A stretch of DNA of 41,586 nt from a virus (lineage: Duplodnaviria > Heunggongvirae > Uroviricota > Caudoviricetes): the IMG/VR virus record IMGVR_UViG_2778261450_000006, positions 1 through 41,586 of that record, one strand, 5' to 3'. The position numbers were made by a program, and so were the translations under genes. Under the pieces are notes generated by a model, which was not told where the DNA came from, searched no databases, and saw nothing but the letters and a program-made list of their open reading frames with translations. Positions 18,263 through 27,649 of this stretch are shown here, in pieces (position 1 is the first letter of the stretch; each line of letters begins with the position of its first letter).

Positions 18263-20025
18263 AAAATCTCCACAATATTACTGGTATTGGCGGACTCGCC
18301 CTGCAGTGGTTCGTTAAACAGTGCGTGCATTGTTGCCCAGGCCAGATCGGCGTGGCTGGCTTCTTCGCTGCGGCTGGCTTCATAGGTTGGGCGGTTGCCA
18401 CTGGCGGTGGTTGCGCGACGGATTGCCATGAATGACTGCGCAATGTCGGTGTGCCCGGCGTCAAACTCCAGACGGCGGTGGCTGATAATGTCGTAGGCCT
18501 TGAGTACCAGGGCGTTTTTAACGTTGGGGTTGTAGACAAACTCCCGGACGGCAGGAAAGAACGCTTTCACGTTCTCGTAAACCCCGTGACCAACGCCGGT
18601 TGAGTCGATACCGATATAAGTCACGTTGTACTGTTCGGTAAGTTTTTTGATGGCGTCAGCCTGGGCGCGGAAGTCCATCCCGCGCCACTGGTGACGCTCA
18701 AGAATGCGGAACTTACCACCCGGCACGGCTGGCGGTGCCACCACCACGCATCCAGCGCTGTCGCCGTTTTGCGTACCTTTTGCCGGGTCATAACCGATCC
18801 ACACTTCGCGCCAGCCAAACGGGCGCAGCGCCAGTGCATGAAAGTCGGTCCAGACTTCCCAACTGTCCACCATGCACGCCTGCAGCTCGCTGAGCGGAAA
18901 CACGGACGCGAGATCGTCCACAAACTCGCACATCAGCAGGTTCTGGTATTCGTCTGGGCTGTACTCCATGCGTAGCTGGTCGAGGTCGAACAGGTTACAG
19001 CCGCCGCGCACCGCATCTTCCACGGTGACTATCTGGCGGTATTGCCCGTCTGCGCACAGCAGGCCGGGGGCCAGATTGCTGTGGGACAGGTCGATGTCCA
19101 CCTTATCGGCTTTGTTGCGCCCACGGTTGAACAGCGCACCGGACCAGAACGGATAAGCACTGTGTGTCAGACTGGATGGCGTGGAAAAATAGGTTTGTCG
19201 CCATTTTTTGTGAATAGCCATACCGGAAGCCACTTTGCGCAGCTCCTGGAATTTCGGTATCCAGAAATATTCATCCAGATACAGGTTGCCGTGGTAACTC
19301 TGGGCCGTGCGGGCATTGGTGCCGAGGAAGTAAAGCGTGGCCCCGTTAGGAAGCACCATCGGATCGCCTTTCAGCTCCACCTCCACTTCTTTGGCAAAGT
19401 CGATGATGTACTGTTTAAAGACGTGGGCCTGAGCCTTGCTGGCAGAAAGGAAAATCTGGTTACGCCCGGTCAGCAGGGCGTCAATCAGGGCTTCACGGGC
19501 AAATTAAAAGGTCGCGCCGATCTGGCGTGACTTCAGCAGGTTGCGGATGCGGTTGGTTTTTCCGGCTTCCCACCAGTGGCGCTGGTAGTTGAACATAGAG
19601 GAATGGAAGATTTCTTCCAGTTTCTCAATCTGTTCATCGGTGAAAACATTCTTTTCCGGCTGACGACGTGGGCCTTTGTTGCGGTTGGCAACGTTAGGGT
19701 TTAAGTCGGCTTCGTTGCCGCCATTGTTAAACTTGCCGATCCGCGCGTGGCGCTCAGACTGGCGTGCCAGCAGGTCAATTTCTTTGAAATCTTTCCCTTC
19801 TTTGTGCTCCTTCATAATGAGCTGGCAGTAGCGTGCGGCGGTGGTGAGCTGCATCTGATCCAGCGGCCCATAGTCACCCCACTTGTCGCGTTTTTTCCAG
19901 CTGTGAACGGTTGCAACTTTCTCGCCCAGCATTTCAGCAATGCGGGCGACGCGGTATCCCTGAAAGTACAGCAGCATGGCCTGCCGACGGGGATCGAGAT
20001 CTGCGGGTGTCAGTGTGGTGTTCAT
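18259..20025 (-). pseudogene. P: Terminase ATPase (large) subunit gpP interrupted by an in-frame TAA
   Basis: ORFs 19504-20025 and 18259-19386 are in the same frame; a single TAA at 19504-19506 (minus strand) is the only stop, and the 39 codons between it and the next Met (FAREALIDALLTGRNQIFLSASKAQAHVFKQYIIDFAKEV) continue the protein. Combined length 588 codons. Confidence 0.8.
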
Positions 20026-20071
20026 GGCACAAACCTACAGCCTTGAATGAAGGCTTTCCCCGCCTGCGGTT

Positions 20072-20089
20072 TGTGTGGTTGTTGGTACA
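20072..20089. promoter_or_regulatory. Candidate Ogr-dependent late promoter element (TGT-N12-ACA) in the P/O divergent region
   Basis: tgtgtggttgttggtaca lies between divergent P and O, as for P2 late promoters. Confidence 0.45.
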
Positions 20090-20167
20090 AATACCGCGCA
20101 TTGTTTCACTGCCCCCATCACCGCAACCATAAGGCTCCAGTAAGTTTTTTCTAACGGAGCACGGCTC

Positions 20168-21001
20168 ATGACAGTGAAAGCAAAGCGTTTTCGCATCGGG
20201 GTGGAAGGTGCCACCACCGACGGACGCGAAATCCAGCGTGAATGGCTGGAACAGATGGCAGCCAGCTACAACCCGGCGGTGTATACCGCGCTGATTAACC
20301 TTGAGCACATCAAGTCTTATCTGCCGGACAGCACCTTTAACCGCTACGGCAAGGTGACTGCGCTGTTTGCTGAAGAAATCACGGAAGGTCCGCTGGCAGG
20401 CAAGATGGCGCTGTATGCCGACGTTGAGCCAACGGAGTCCCTGGTGGAACTGGTGAAAAAAGGCCAGAAATTATTCACCTCTATGGAAGTCAGCCCGAAG
20501 TTTGCTGATACGGGCAAAGCCTACCTGGTCGGCCTGGCTGCCACTGATGACCCTGCCAGTCTGGGCACTGAAATGCTGACATTCAGCGCCAGTGCAGCCC
20601 ATAACCCGCTGGCAAACCGCAAGCAGAATCCCGCCAATCTTTTTACCGCTGCAGAGGAAACGGTGATCGAACTGGAAGAAATCCAGGATGACAAACCGTC
20701 CCTGTTTGCCCGTGTCACGGCGCTGTTCACCAAAAAAGAGCAGTCCGATGACGCCCGGTTCTCTGATGTGCATAAGGCCGTGGAACTGGTCGCCACTGAG
20801 CAGCAGAACCTGAGTGCGCGCACCGAAAAATCCCTGTCTGAGCAGGAAGAACGCCTGTCTGAGCTGGAGACTGCCCTGCAGGCACAGCAGACCGCCTTTA
20901 ACGAACTGGTGGACAAGCTGAGCCATGAAGACAGCCGCCAGGACTACCGCCAGCGTGCAACAGGCGGTAACGCCCCCGCTGACACTCTGACCAATTGCTG
21001 A
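20168..21001 (+). CDS. O: Capsid scaffolding protein (P2 gpO family)
   Basis: 277 aa, position and size match P2 O. Confidence 0.9.
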   Translation: MTVKAKRFRIGVEGATTDGREIQREWLEQMAASYNPAVYTALINLEHIKSYLPDSTFNRYGKVTALFAEEITEGPLAGKMALYADVEPTESLVELVKKGQKLFTSMEVSPKFADTGKAYLVGLAATDDPASLGTEMLTFSASAAHNPLANRKQNPANLFTAAEETVIELEEIQDDKPSLFARVTALFTKKEQSDDARFSDVHKAVELVATEQQNLSARTEKSLSEQEERLSELETALQAQQTAFNELVDKLSHEDSRQDYRQRATGGNAPADTLTNC

Positions 21002-21017
21002 TGGAGCACAAAACCTG

Positions 21018-22076
21018 ATGAAGAAGAATACCCGCTTTGCTTTTAACGCTTACCTGCAGCAGCTGGCGCGTCTGAACGGTGTGGCAGTTGAAGAACTGTC
21101 CAGCAAGTTCACCGTGGAGCCGTCTGTACAGCAGACGCTGGAAGACCAGATCCAGCAGTCCGCCGCTTTCCTGACGCTGATTAACGTCACGCCAGTGACT
21201 GAGCAGTCCGGTCAGCTGCTGGGGCTGGGTGTTGGCAGCACCATTGCCGGAACCACTGACACCACCGCGAAAGAGCGTGAACCTGTCGATCCGACGCTGA
21301 TGGTCGATGTGGAATATAAATGCGAGCAGACCAACTTTGACACGGTGCTGACCTACGCGAAGCTGGACCTGTGGGCGAAGTTTCAGGATTTCCAGGTGCG
21401 TATCCGTGACGCCATCGTGAAACGTCAGGCACTGGACCGCATCATGATCGGCTTTAACGGCGTGAAGCGTGCGAAAACCTCCAACCGTAGTGAAAACCCG
21501 CTACTGCAGGATGTGAACAAAGGCTGGCTGCAGAAAATCCGTGAGGATGCACCGGATCACGTCATGGGCAGCACCACCACGGGCGGTGAAACCACACCGG
21601 GTGCGGTGAAAGTCGGTAAAGGTGGCGAATATGCCAACCTGGACGCAGTGGTGATGGATGCCGTCAATGAGCTTATCGACGTGGTCTACCAGGACGATGA
21701 CGATCTGGTGGTGATTTGCGGTCGTGAACTGCTGTCTGACAAGTATTTCCCGCTGGTCAACAAAGAGCAGGAAAACAGTGAAAAACTGGCTGCCGATATG
21801 ATCATCAGCCAGAAACGCATGGGTGGCCTGCAGGCCGTGCGTGCGCCGTTCTTCCCGCCGAATGCGCTGCTGATCACCCGTCTGGATAACCTGTCCATCT
21901 ACTGGCAGGAAGACACCCGCCGCCGTTCAGTTATCGACAACCCGAAACGTGACCGGATTGAAAACTTTGAATCCGTTAACGAAGCCTATGTGGTTGAGGA
22001 CTACCGCTGCGCCGCACTGGTGGAAAACATCCAGATTGGCGATTTCAGCGCCGCTGCAGCAGAAGCCGGAGCGTAA
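21018..22076 (+). CDS. N: Major capsid protein (P2 gpN family)
   Basis: 352 aa, follows O; size matches P2 N. Confidence 0.9.
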   Translation: MKKNTRFAFNAYLQQLARLNGVAVEELSSKFTVEPSVQQTLEDQIQQSAAFLTLINVTPVTEQSGQLLGLGVGSTIAGTTDTTAKEREPVDPTLMVDVEYKCEQTNFDTVLTYAKLDLWAKFQDFQVRIRDAIVKRQALDRIMIGFNGVKRAKTSNRSENPLLQDVNKGWLQKIREDAPDHVMGSTTTGGETTPGAVKVGKGGEYANLDAVVMDAVNELIDVVYQDDDDLVVICGRELLSDKYFPLVNKEQENSEKLAADMIISQKRMGGLQAVRAPFFPPNALLITRLDNLSIYWQEDTRRRSVIDNPKRDRIENFESVNEAYVVEDYRCAALVENIQIGDFSAAAAEAGA

Positions 22077-22079
22077 CCC

Positions 22080-22730
22080 ATGAGCCTGAGTCCCGCACGG
22101 CAGCATCGCCTGCGCGTTCAGGCTGAACAGGCCGCCCGTGAGGGCGGCAGCGTTCGCCACGCGTCGGGCTATGACCTGATGCTGCTGCAACTGGCGGAAG
22201 ACCGCCGCCGTCTCAAGGGCGTTCAGTCCACGGTCAAAAAAGCGGAGATTAAGGTGGAACTGCTGCCGAAGTACGCCGCCTGGGCAGAGGGTGTCCTGAC
22301 TGCCGGAGGCGCACAGCAGGATGACGTGCTGATGTACGTGATGCTGTGGCGCATTGATGCCGGAGATTATGCCGGGGCGCTGGAGATCGGGCGTCACGCC
22401 CTGCGTCATGGCTGGGTGATGCCGTTAGGTAACCGCAACGTGCAGACCGTGCTGGCAGAGGAAATGGCAGATGCAGCCCAGAGCGCAATGCTTGCCGCCA
22501 CCGGCTTTGATGCCGATCTGTTGCTGCAGACCCTGGAGCTGACAGACGGTATGGATATGCCGGACCAGTCACGGGCGCGTCTGCATAAAGCGATTGGCGC
22601 TGTCCTGAGTGAAAGCAACCCGGCTTCCGCCCTTAATCATCTCAACCATGCGTTACAGCTCGATCCCCGCTGTGGCGTGAAAAAAGACAAACAGCAGCTG
22701 GAGCGCAGACTGCGCAATGACAGCCGCTGA
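22080..22730 (+). CDS. M: Terminase small/endonuclease subunit (P2 gpM family)
   Basis: 216 aa following N. Confidence 0.85.
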   Translation: MSLSPARQHRLRVQAEQAAREGGSVRHASGYDLMLLQLAEDRRRLKGVQSTVKKAEIKVELLPKYAAWAEGVLTAGGAQQDDVLMYVMLWRIDAGDYAGALEIGRHALRHGWVMPLGNRNVQTVLAEEMADAAQSAMLAATGFDADLLLQTLELTDGMDMPDQSRARLHKAIGAVLSESNPASALNHLNHALQLDPRCGVKKDKQQLERRLRNDSR

Positions 22731-22825
22731 CAGAACGTGCCCCCGCGCACGGGCGGCACGGGGTGGCGAAAGGCACTGCCACATCAAAACCCCGTCCACC
22801 GCCCTCTATTTCAGGAGAAAGCAGC

Positions 22826-23290
22826 ATGAAGTTTGTTGCGCCAGAACAGGCACCGGAACAGGCGGAAATCATCAGAAATACGCCGTTCTGGCCTGATGTG
22901 GACCTGTCGGAGTTTCGCAGTGTCATGCGCACTGACGGCACGGTGACGCAGCCGCGTTTAAAGCAGGTTGCGCTGTCGGCAATTTCGGAGGTCAACGCAG
23001 AGCTGTATGAGTTTCGCAGACGCCAGCAGATGCTGGGGTATGCCTCGCTGGCAGAAGTCCCGGCGGAACAACTGGACGGCAAAAGTGAGCGCATTCAGCA
23101 CTATTTCAACGCGGTTTACTGCTGGGCACGCGCCATGCTCAACGAACGTTACCAGGACTATGACGCCACGGCATCCGGTGCGAAGCGAGGCGAGGAACTG
23201 GCGGAAGCAAGCGGTGATTTATGGCGTGACGCCCGCTGGGCCATCAGCCGGGTGCAGGATGCGCCGCACTGCACAGTGGAGCTTATCTGA
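22826..23290 (+). CDS. L: Head completion protein (P2 gpL family)
   Basis: Start at ATG 22826 with AGGAG RBS (track ORF begins 22763). Confidence 0.8.
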   Translation: MKFVAPEQAPEQAEIIRNTPFWPDVDLSEFRSVMRTDGTVTQPRLKQVALSAISEVNAELYEFRRRQQMLGYASLAEVPAEQLDGKSERIQHYFNAVYCWARAMLNERYQDYDATASGAKRGEELAEASGDLWRDARWAISRVQDAPHCTVELI

Positions 23291-23493
23291 TGAAAGTGCG
23301 TGCGCATCAGTATGACACGGTGGACGCGCTTTGCTGGCGTCATTACGGGCGCACGCAGGGTGTCACGGAGCAGGTACTGAAGGCAAATCCGGGGCTTGCC
23401 GAATACAGCCCCTTTTTACCTCACGGGCTGCAGGTGGAGCTGCCGGACATTCCGACCACCACCACCGTGCAGACCGTCCAGCTATGGGACTGA
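23290..23493 (+). CDS. X: Tail protein X (P2 gpX family)
   Basis: 67 aa; start overlaps L stop. Confidence 0.8.
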   Translation: MKVRAHQYDTVDALCWRHYGRTQGVTEQVLKANPGLAEYSPFLPHGLQVELPDIPTTTTVQTVQLWD

Positions 23494-23496
23494 ATT

Positions 23497-23712
23497 ATGA
23501 CGCTTGAGCGAATCAGCGCCTTTATCACGTATTGCATCGCCGTCGTGCTGGCCTGGCTGGGCGATTTGTCCATCAAGGATGCCTCAACGCTGGGCGGCCT
23601 GATGATTGGTGTGCTGATGCTGGCTATCAACTGGTACTACAAACACAAAGCCTACCAGCTTCTGCGCGACGGGCAGATCTCGCGGGAGGACTATGAATCC
23701 ATCAATCGTTAA
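23497..23712 (+). CDS. Y: Holin (class with two TM helices; P2 Y position)
   Basis: 71 aa, two hydrophobic helices and charged C-terminus, immediately upstream of endolysin. Confidence 0.7.
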   Translation: MTLERISAFITYCIAVVLAWLGDLSIKDASTLGGLMIGVLMLAINWYYKHKAYQLLRDGQISREDYESINR

Positions 23713-24208
23713 ACGCTGCCTTGTCGGGACCGTGCTGGCTATTGCTGCCACGCTGCCGGGTTTTCAGCAGCTTCACACCTCCGTGGAGGGGCTGAAACTG
23801 ATTGCCGATTACGAAGGCTGTCGTCTGCAGCCGTATCAGTGCAGCGCGGGTGTCTGGACCGACGGCATTGGTAATACATCGGGCGTCATTCCCGGCAAAA
23901 CCATTACGGAGCGACAGGCAGCAGAAGGGCTGATCTCCAACGTGCTGCGTGTGGAGCGGGCGCTGGAAAGGTGTGTGAAGCAACAGCCGCCGCAGAAGGT
24001 GTATGACGCTGCGGTGTCGTTTGCCTTCAACGTGGGTACGGGCAATGCCTGCAGTTCCACGCTGGTGAAATTACTCAATCAGCGGCGCTGGGCGGATGCA
24101 TGCCGACAGTTGCCGCGCTGGGTTTATGTGAAAGGTGTTTTTAATCAGGGGCTGGATAACCGCCGTGCGCGGGAGATGGCCTGGTGCCTTAAAGGAGCTG
24201 GACTATGA
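23693..24208 (+). CDS. K: Endolysin, lysozyme-like with N-terminal signal-anchor-release (SAR) segment
   Basis: Hydrophobic N-terminus CLVGTVLAIAATLPG followed by lysozyme motif LIADYEGCRLQPYQCSAGVWTDGIGNT. Confidence 0.8.
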   Translation: MNPSIVKRCLVGTVLAIAATLPGFQQLHTSVEGLKLIADYEGCRLQPYQCSAGVWTDGIGNTSGVIPGKTITERQAAEGLISNVLRVERALERCVKQQPPQKVYDAAVSFAFNVGTGNACSSTLVKLLNQRRWADACRQLPRWVYVKGVFNQGLDNRRAREMAWCLKGAGL

Positions 24209-24633
24209 CGCGTGCACTGGCAGTAGTGGTGGCGCTGGCACTCGTTGCGCTGGGCTGGCAGTCGTGGCGGCTTAACAGCGCCAGCCACACCATCGAAACG
24301 CAGCGCACGGCGCTGAAAAGTAAAGCGCAGGAACTGACGAAGAAAAACAGCCAACTGATCGGTCTGTCCATTCTGGCTGAAACCAATAACCGGGAGCAGG
24401 CGCGGCTCTATGCCGAAGCAGAACAGACCAGCGCACTGCTGAGACAACGACAACGCCGGATCGAGGAACTGAAACGTGAGAACGAGGATTTACGCCGCTG
24501 GGCTGATACTCCTTTGCCTGCTGACATTATCCGGCTGCGGGAACGTCCGGCACTCACCGGAGGTGCAGCTTACCGTCAGTGGTTGTCCGCGAGTGACGCC
24601 GTGTCGGCTGGAGCAGGCAGCGCCGCGCACTAA
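24205..24633 (+). CDS. lysB: Spanin inner-membrane subunit (LysB/Rz-like)
   Basis: N-terminal TM helix ALAVVVALALVALGW, coiled-coil periplasmic domain. Confidence 0.75.
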   Translation: MTRALAVVVALALVALGWQSWRLNSASHTIETQRTALKSKAQELTKKNSQLIGLSILAETNNREQARLYAEAEQTSALLRQRQRRIEELKRENEDLRRWADTPLPADIIRLRERPALTGGAAYRQWLSASDAVSAGAGSAAH

Positions 24634-24766
24634 CGGTGATCTGAACGCATTGCTGGATGAAACGGAGGCCGCCTGGGCGGTCTGTGCAGACAAAGTGGAC
24701 ATGATTATTGCGTGTCAGGAGCGAAACAGTGAACAAACCACAGTCCCTGCGCCACGCCCTCAATAA
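24476..24766 (+). CDS. lysC: Spanin outer-membrane lipoprotein subunit (LysC/Rz1-like), in +1 frame overlapping lysB
   Basis: GTG start, signal peptide with lipobox LTLSGC, proline-rich mature region; embedded in and extending past lysB. Confidence 0.6.
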   Translation: MRTRIYAAGLILLCLLTLSGCGNVRHSPEVQLTVSGCPRVTPCRLEQAAPRTNGDLNALLDETEAAWAVCADKVDMIIACQERNSEQTTVPAPRPQ

Positions 24767-25160
24767 AGCAGTGCCTTATGTCCGCAATAACCCGGACAAA
24801 CTGCATCTGTTTGTGGATAACGGTTCGCTGGTTGCCACGGGGGCCAGCTCCATGTCATGGGAGTACCGTTATACCCTCAACGTGGTGATTGAGGATTTCA
24901 GCGGCGACCAGAATCTGCTGATGGCCCCGGTTTTGCTGTGGCTGCGTGATAACCAGCCCGATGCCATCAATAACCCGGCGTTACGGGAAAAACTATTCAC
25001 CTTTGAGGTGGATATTTTGCGCAACGATGTCTGTGATATCAGCCTTAACCTGCAACTGACGGAGCGTGTGCTGGTCAGCACTGACGGCAGTGTGTCGAGT
25101 GTTGAAGCGGTAGCGGAACCCGATGAACCTGAAGAAATGTGGACGGTGAAACGTGGCTGA
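24729..25160 (+). CDS. R: Tail completion protein R (P2 gpR family)
   Basis: GTG 24729 preceded by AGGAG (track ORF starts at TTG 24708). Confidence 0.8.
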   Translation: MNKPQSLRHALNKAVPYVRNNPDKLHLFVDNGSLVATGASSMSWEYRYTLNVVIEDFSGDQNLLMAPVLLWLRDNQPDAINNPALREKLFTFEVDILRNDVCDISLNLQLTERVLVSTDGSVSSVEAVAEPDEPEEMWTVKRG

Positions 25161-25599
25161 ACTGCAGAAGGTGGACGATTGGCTGAGTGCTTTGCTGGCG
25201 AATCTGGAACCAGCCGCAAGAAGCCGCATGATGCGCCAGCTGGCGCAGGAACTGCGCCGGACACAGCAGCAGAATATCAGAATGCAGCGCAATCCAGATG
25301 GCAGCAGTTATGAACCTCGACGGGTAACAGCACGCAGTAAAAAGGGGCGCATCAAACGTCAGATGTTTGCAAAGCTGCGCACCACAAAATACCTGAAAAC
25401 TGCCGCCAGCGCCGACTCTGCCAGCGTACAGTTTGAAGGTAAGGTGCAGCGTATTGCCCGTGTTCACCATTACGGCCTGCGCGATCGTGTAAGCCGCCGG
25501 GGGCCAGAGGTACGTTATGCGGAGCGGCTGTTACTAGGTTTTACTTCATCTGACAAAGATGAAATTGCATCTGTCGTTTATAAATGGCTAAGGCCTTAA
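25153..25599 (+). CDS. S: Tail completion protein S (P2 gpS family)
   Basis: 148 aa, GTG start overlapping R stop. Confidence 0.85.
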   Translation: MAELQKVDDWLSALLANLEPAARSRMMRQLAQELRRTQQQNIRMQRNPDGSSYEPRRVTARSKKGRIKRQMFAKLRTTKYLKTAASADSASVQFEGKVQRIARVHHYGLRDRVSRRGPEVRYAERLLLGFTSSDKDEIASVVYKWLRP

Positions 25600-25613
25600 T
25601 TCCTTCGTTATAT

Positions 25614-26600
25614 TTACTCTTTGTAAATTCGATCTGGCTCGTTGTACTCTATTTCTCTCAGTCGACCATTTTTAATGGTGAAATTACCTTTTTCTGATTT
25701 AAATTCCCCACCACATTTACAAGGCTTGTTATCAGAAAGAGTGTAGTTTTTTAGTATTAGTTCATCATCGTTGTCAAAGGTGGGGATTATTTTTTTAGTT
25801 TCAGCGCATTGCGTGCACTTAACTTGCAATTCCGGGAGTGTGGTACAAGCTGTAAGGCTCAGTTCGACATTCTCTGGAACAATGTAATATCCTAGCAATG
25901 GTGTCCCACGACTTTCTGAAACACCTTTGTATGTATTGGTTATGCCTCCAATAAATGCAAGGATTTCATCATACGCTTGAGTATTACGCATTGTTACCCA
26001 GCAATCTCGATCTTCATAACTATACTCACGACCTGCAACGCAAATTGCTGTAACGTAACGAAAGTCTTCTTTGTATATTTTTTTATACCTTTCGGCTTCA
26101 GTAATTCCATTTGGTGATAAGTCACTACTTAGAGCAAATATTACCGAGCGAAGTTTCTCTATTTTGTGTTGGATTAGTTTGCCTGATTCATCTTTTATTC
26201 CAGGTAAGTAACCGAATTTCTCATTAAGTTCTTTTGCACTTGAGTGTGCAGAGCTGAGTTCCGATGAACTTAATGTGGTTTTTACCTCAATGGTATATAG
26301 AACTGATTCTATTGGGAATAACCCTGTGGCACCATCGATTAATATCGGAGGGAGTATTGATTTATTGTAAATAATAATATCTATTTGAGGTGATAACTTT
26401 CCTGAATACTGTTCAATGATTTGCCCTGTGCCAATGCCAACATCTGCGGGCAAAAGAGGTCGAAATAGTTGACTTAATAATATTTCTAGAACAGCTCCCT
26501 TAACACCCTGGTGGGAAAATCCTGCAGCACTTTTGGCTTGAGCAATCGCCGATTCGACCTTCCCTCTAAGTAAAGCCTGATACTGGTTCTTATTTTTCAT
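25614..26600 (-). CDS. Cargo protein: PD-(D/E)xK-like nuclease fold with C-terminal zinc-ribbon (candidate anti-phage defence gene)
   Basis: 328-aa antisense ORF between S and V, strongly AT-rich against a GC-rich late operon. Motifs PQIDIIIYN ... ESVLYTIEVKT (D ... E-x-K) and C-terminal CTQCAETKK ... CKCGG cysteine cluster. Confidence 0.6.
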   Translation of the reverse strand: MKNKNQYQALLRGKVESAIAQAKSAAGFSHQGVKGAVLEILLSQLFRPLLPADVGIGTGQIIEQYSGKLSPQIDIIIYNKSILPPILIDGATGLFPIESVLYTIEVKTTLSSSELSSAHSSAKELNEKFGYLPGIKDESGKLIQHKIEKLRSVIFALSSDLSPNGITEAERYKKIYKEDFRYVTAICVAGREYSYEDRDCWVTMRNTQAYDEILAFIGGITNTYKGVSESRGTPLLGYYIVPENVELSLTACTTLPELQVKCTQCAETKKIIPTFDNDDELILKNYTLSDNKPCKCGGEFKSEKGNFTIKNGRLREIEYNEPDRIYKE

Positions 26601-26714
26601 GTTTGTTTCTCAACCAAGTAGTTAACAATTTTTATATAGTAATTCTTAATTGTGTCATGGACCAGACTAAGCTCACCTTGTTCTTAGATACATCATTCAT
26701 GGCAATCTATAGCT

Positions 26715-27293
26715 ATGAACGCACAACTCACAGAAATCATGCGCCTTATCACCAACCTAATCCGCACCGGAACTGTAACGGAAGTGGACCGGGACAACTG
26801 GCTGTGCCGGGTGAAAACGGGTGAGCTTGAAACCAACTGGATTAACTGGCTGACGCTGCGCGCGGGCAACTCGCGCACCTGGTGGAAACCGTCTGTGGGG
26901 GAGCAGGTTGTGCTGTTCAGCCTGGGCGGCAATCTGGAAACCGCCTTTGCCCTGCCTGCCGTCTATTCAAACCAGTTTCCGCCGCCGTCCAAGTCTGAGG
27001 ACGGCAACGTGACGGAATACCCAGACGGCGGTTGGTTTGAGTACGACCCCGAAACCGGGCGCTGGTACGTTCGGGGTATTAAATCCATGGTGATCGAGGC
27101 GGTGGATAACGTCACCTTCAAAACCGGGGAGTTTATCGTGGAAGCCGACACCACCCGTATTAACAGTGAGGTGGTGATCAACGGTGGTGTGACTCAGGGC
27201 GGCGGCCCGATGAGTTCCAACGAGATCGTGGTGGATGACCACGCGCACAATAAAGTGAAGTCTGGCGGCGACACATCGGGAGGCCCGGTATGA
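26715..27293 (+). CDS. V: Baseplate spike/assembly protein V (P2 gpV family)
   Basis: 192 aa, first gene of baseplate block V-W-J-I. Confidence 0.9.
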   Translation: MNAQLTEIMRLITNLIRTGTVTEVDRDNWLCRVKTGELETNWINWLTLRAGNSRTWWKPSVGEQVVLFSLGGNLETAFALPAVYSNQFPPPSKSEDGNVTEYPDGGWFEYDPETGRWYVRGIKSMVIEAVDNVTFKTGEFIVEADTTRINSEVVINGGVTQGGGPMSSNEIVVDDHAHNKVKSGGDTSGGPV

Positions 27294-27649
27294 CGATGTA
27301 TTACGGCATGAACAGCGCAACGGGCAGGGCCATTACCGATATTGAGCACCTCAATCAGTCTGTTAAAGACATACTCATCACGCCACAGGGTAGCCGCATT
27401 GCCCGTCGGGAATATGGTTCTCTGCTGTCGGCACTGATAGACCAGCCACAAAATCCGGCACTACGCCTGCAGGTCATGTCGGCAGTGTATGTGGCGCTGA
27501 GTCGCTGGGAGCCACGGCTGACGCTGGATTCCATCACCATTAACAGCAATTTTGACGGTTCAATGGTGGTGGAGCTGACCGGGCGGCGTAATAACGGTGT
27601 GCCTGTTTCCCTTTCCGTATCAACAGGAGCAGAGAATGGCAGTGATTGA
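27290..27649 (+). CDS. W: Baseplate protein W (P2 gpW family)
   Basis: 119 aa, overlapping V stop. Confidence 0.9.
   Translation: MTMYYGMNSATGRAITDIEHLNQSVKDILITPQGSRIARREYGSLLSALIDQPQNPALRLQVMSAVYVALSRWEPRLTLDSITINSNFDGSMVVELTGRRNNGVPVSLSVSTGAENGSD

Noticed and set aside
19387-19506. Treating gpP as two separate genes
   Set aside because: Both parts are in the same frame, separated by one TAA, with conserved terminase sequence continuing across the gap; a nonsense-disrupted single gene fits better.
20471-20926. Minus-strand ORFs of 151 and 131 aa inside scaffold gene O
   Set aside because: Antisense to O; no independent support.
26651-26668. Ogr-dependent late promoter upstream of V
   Set aside because: Only a 5/6 match (TGT-N12-ACT) and too close to the V start codon for the usual spacing; not reported as a feature.
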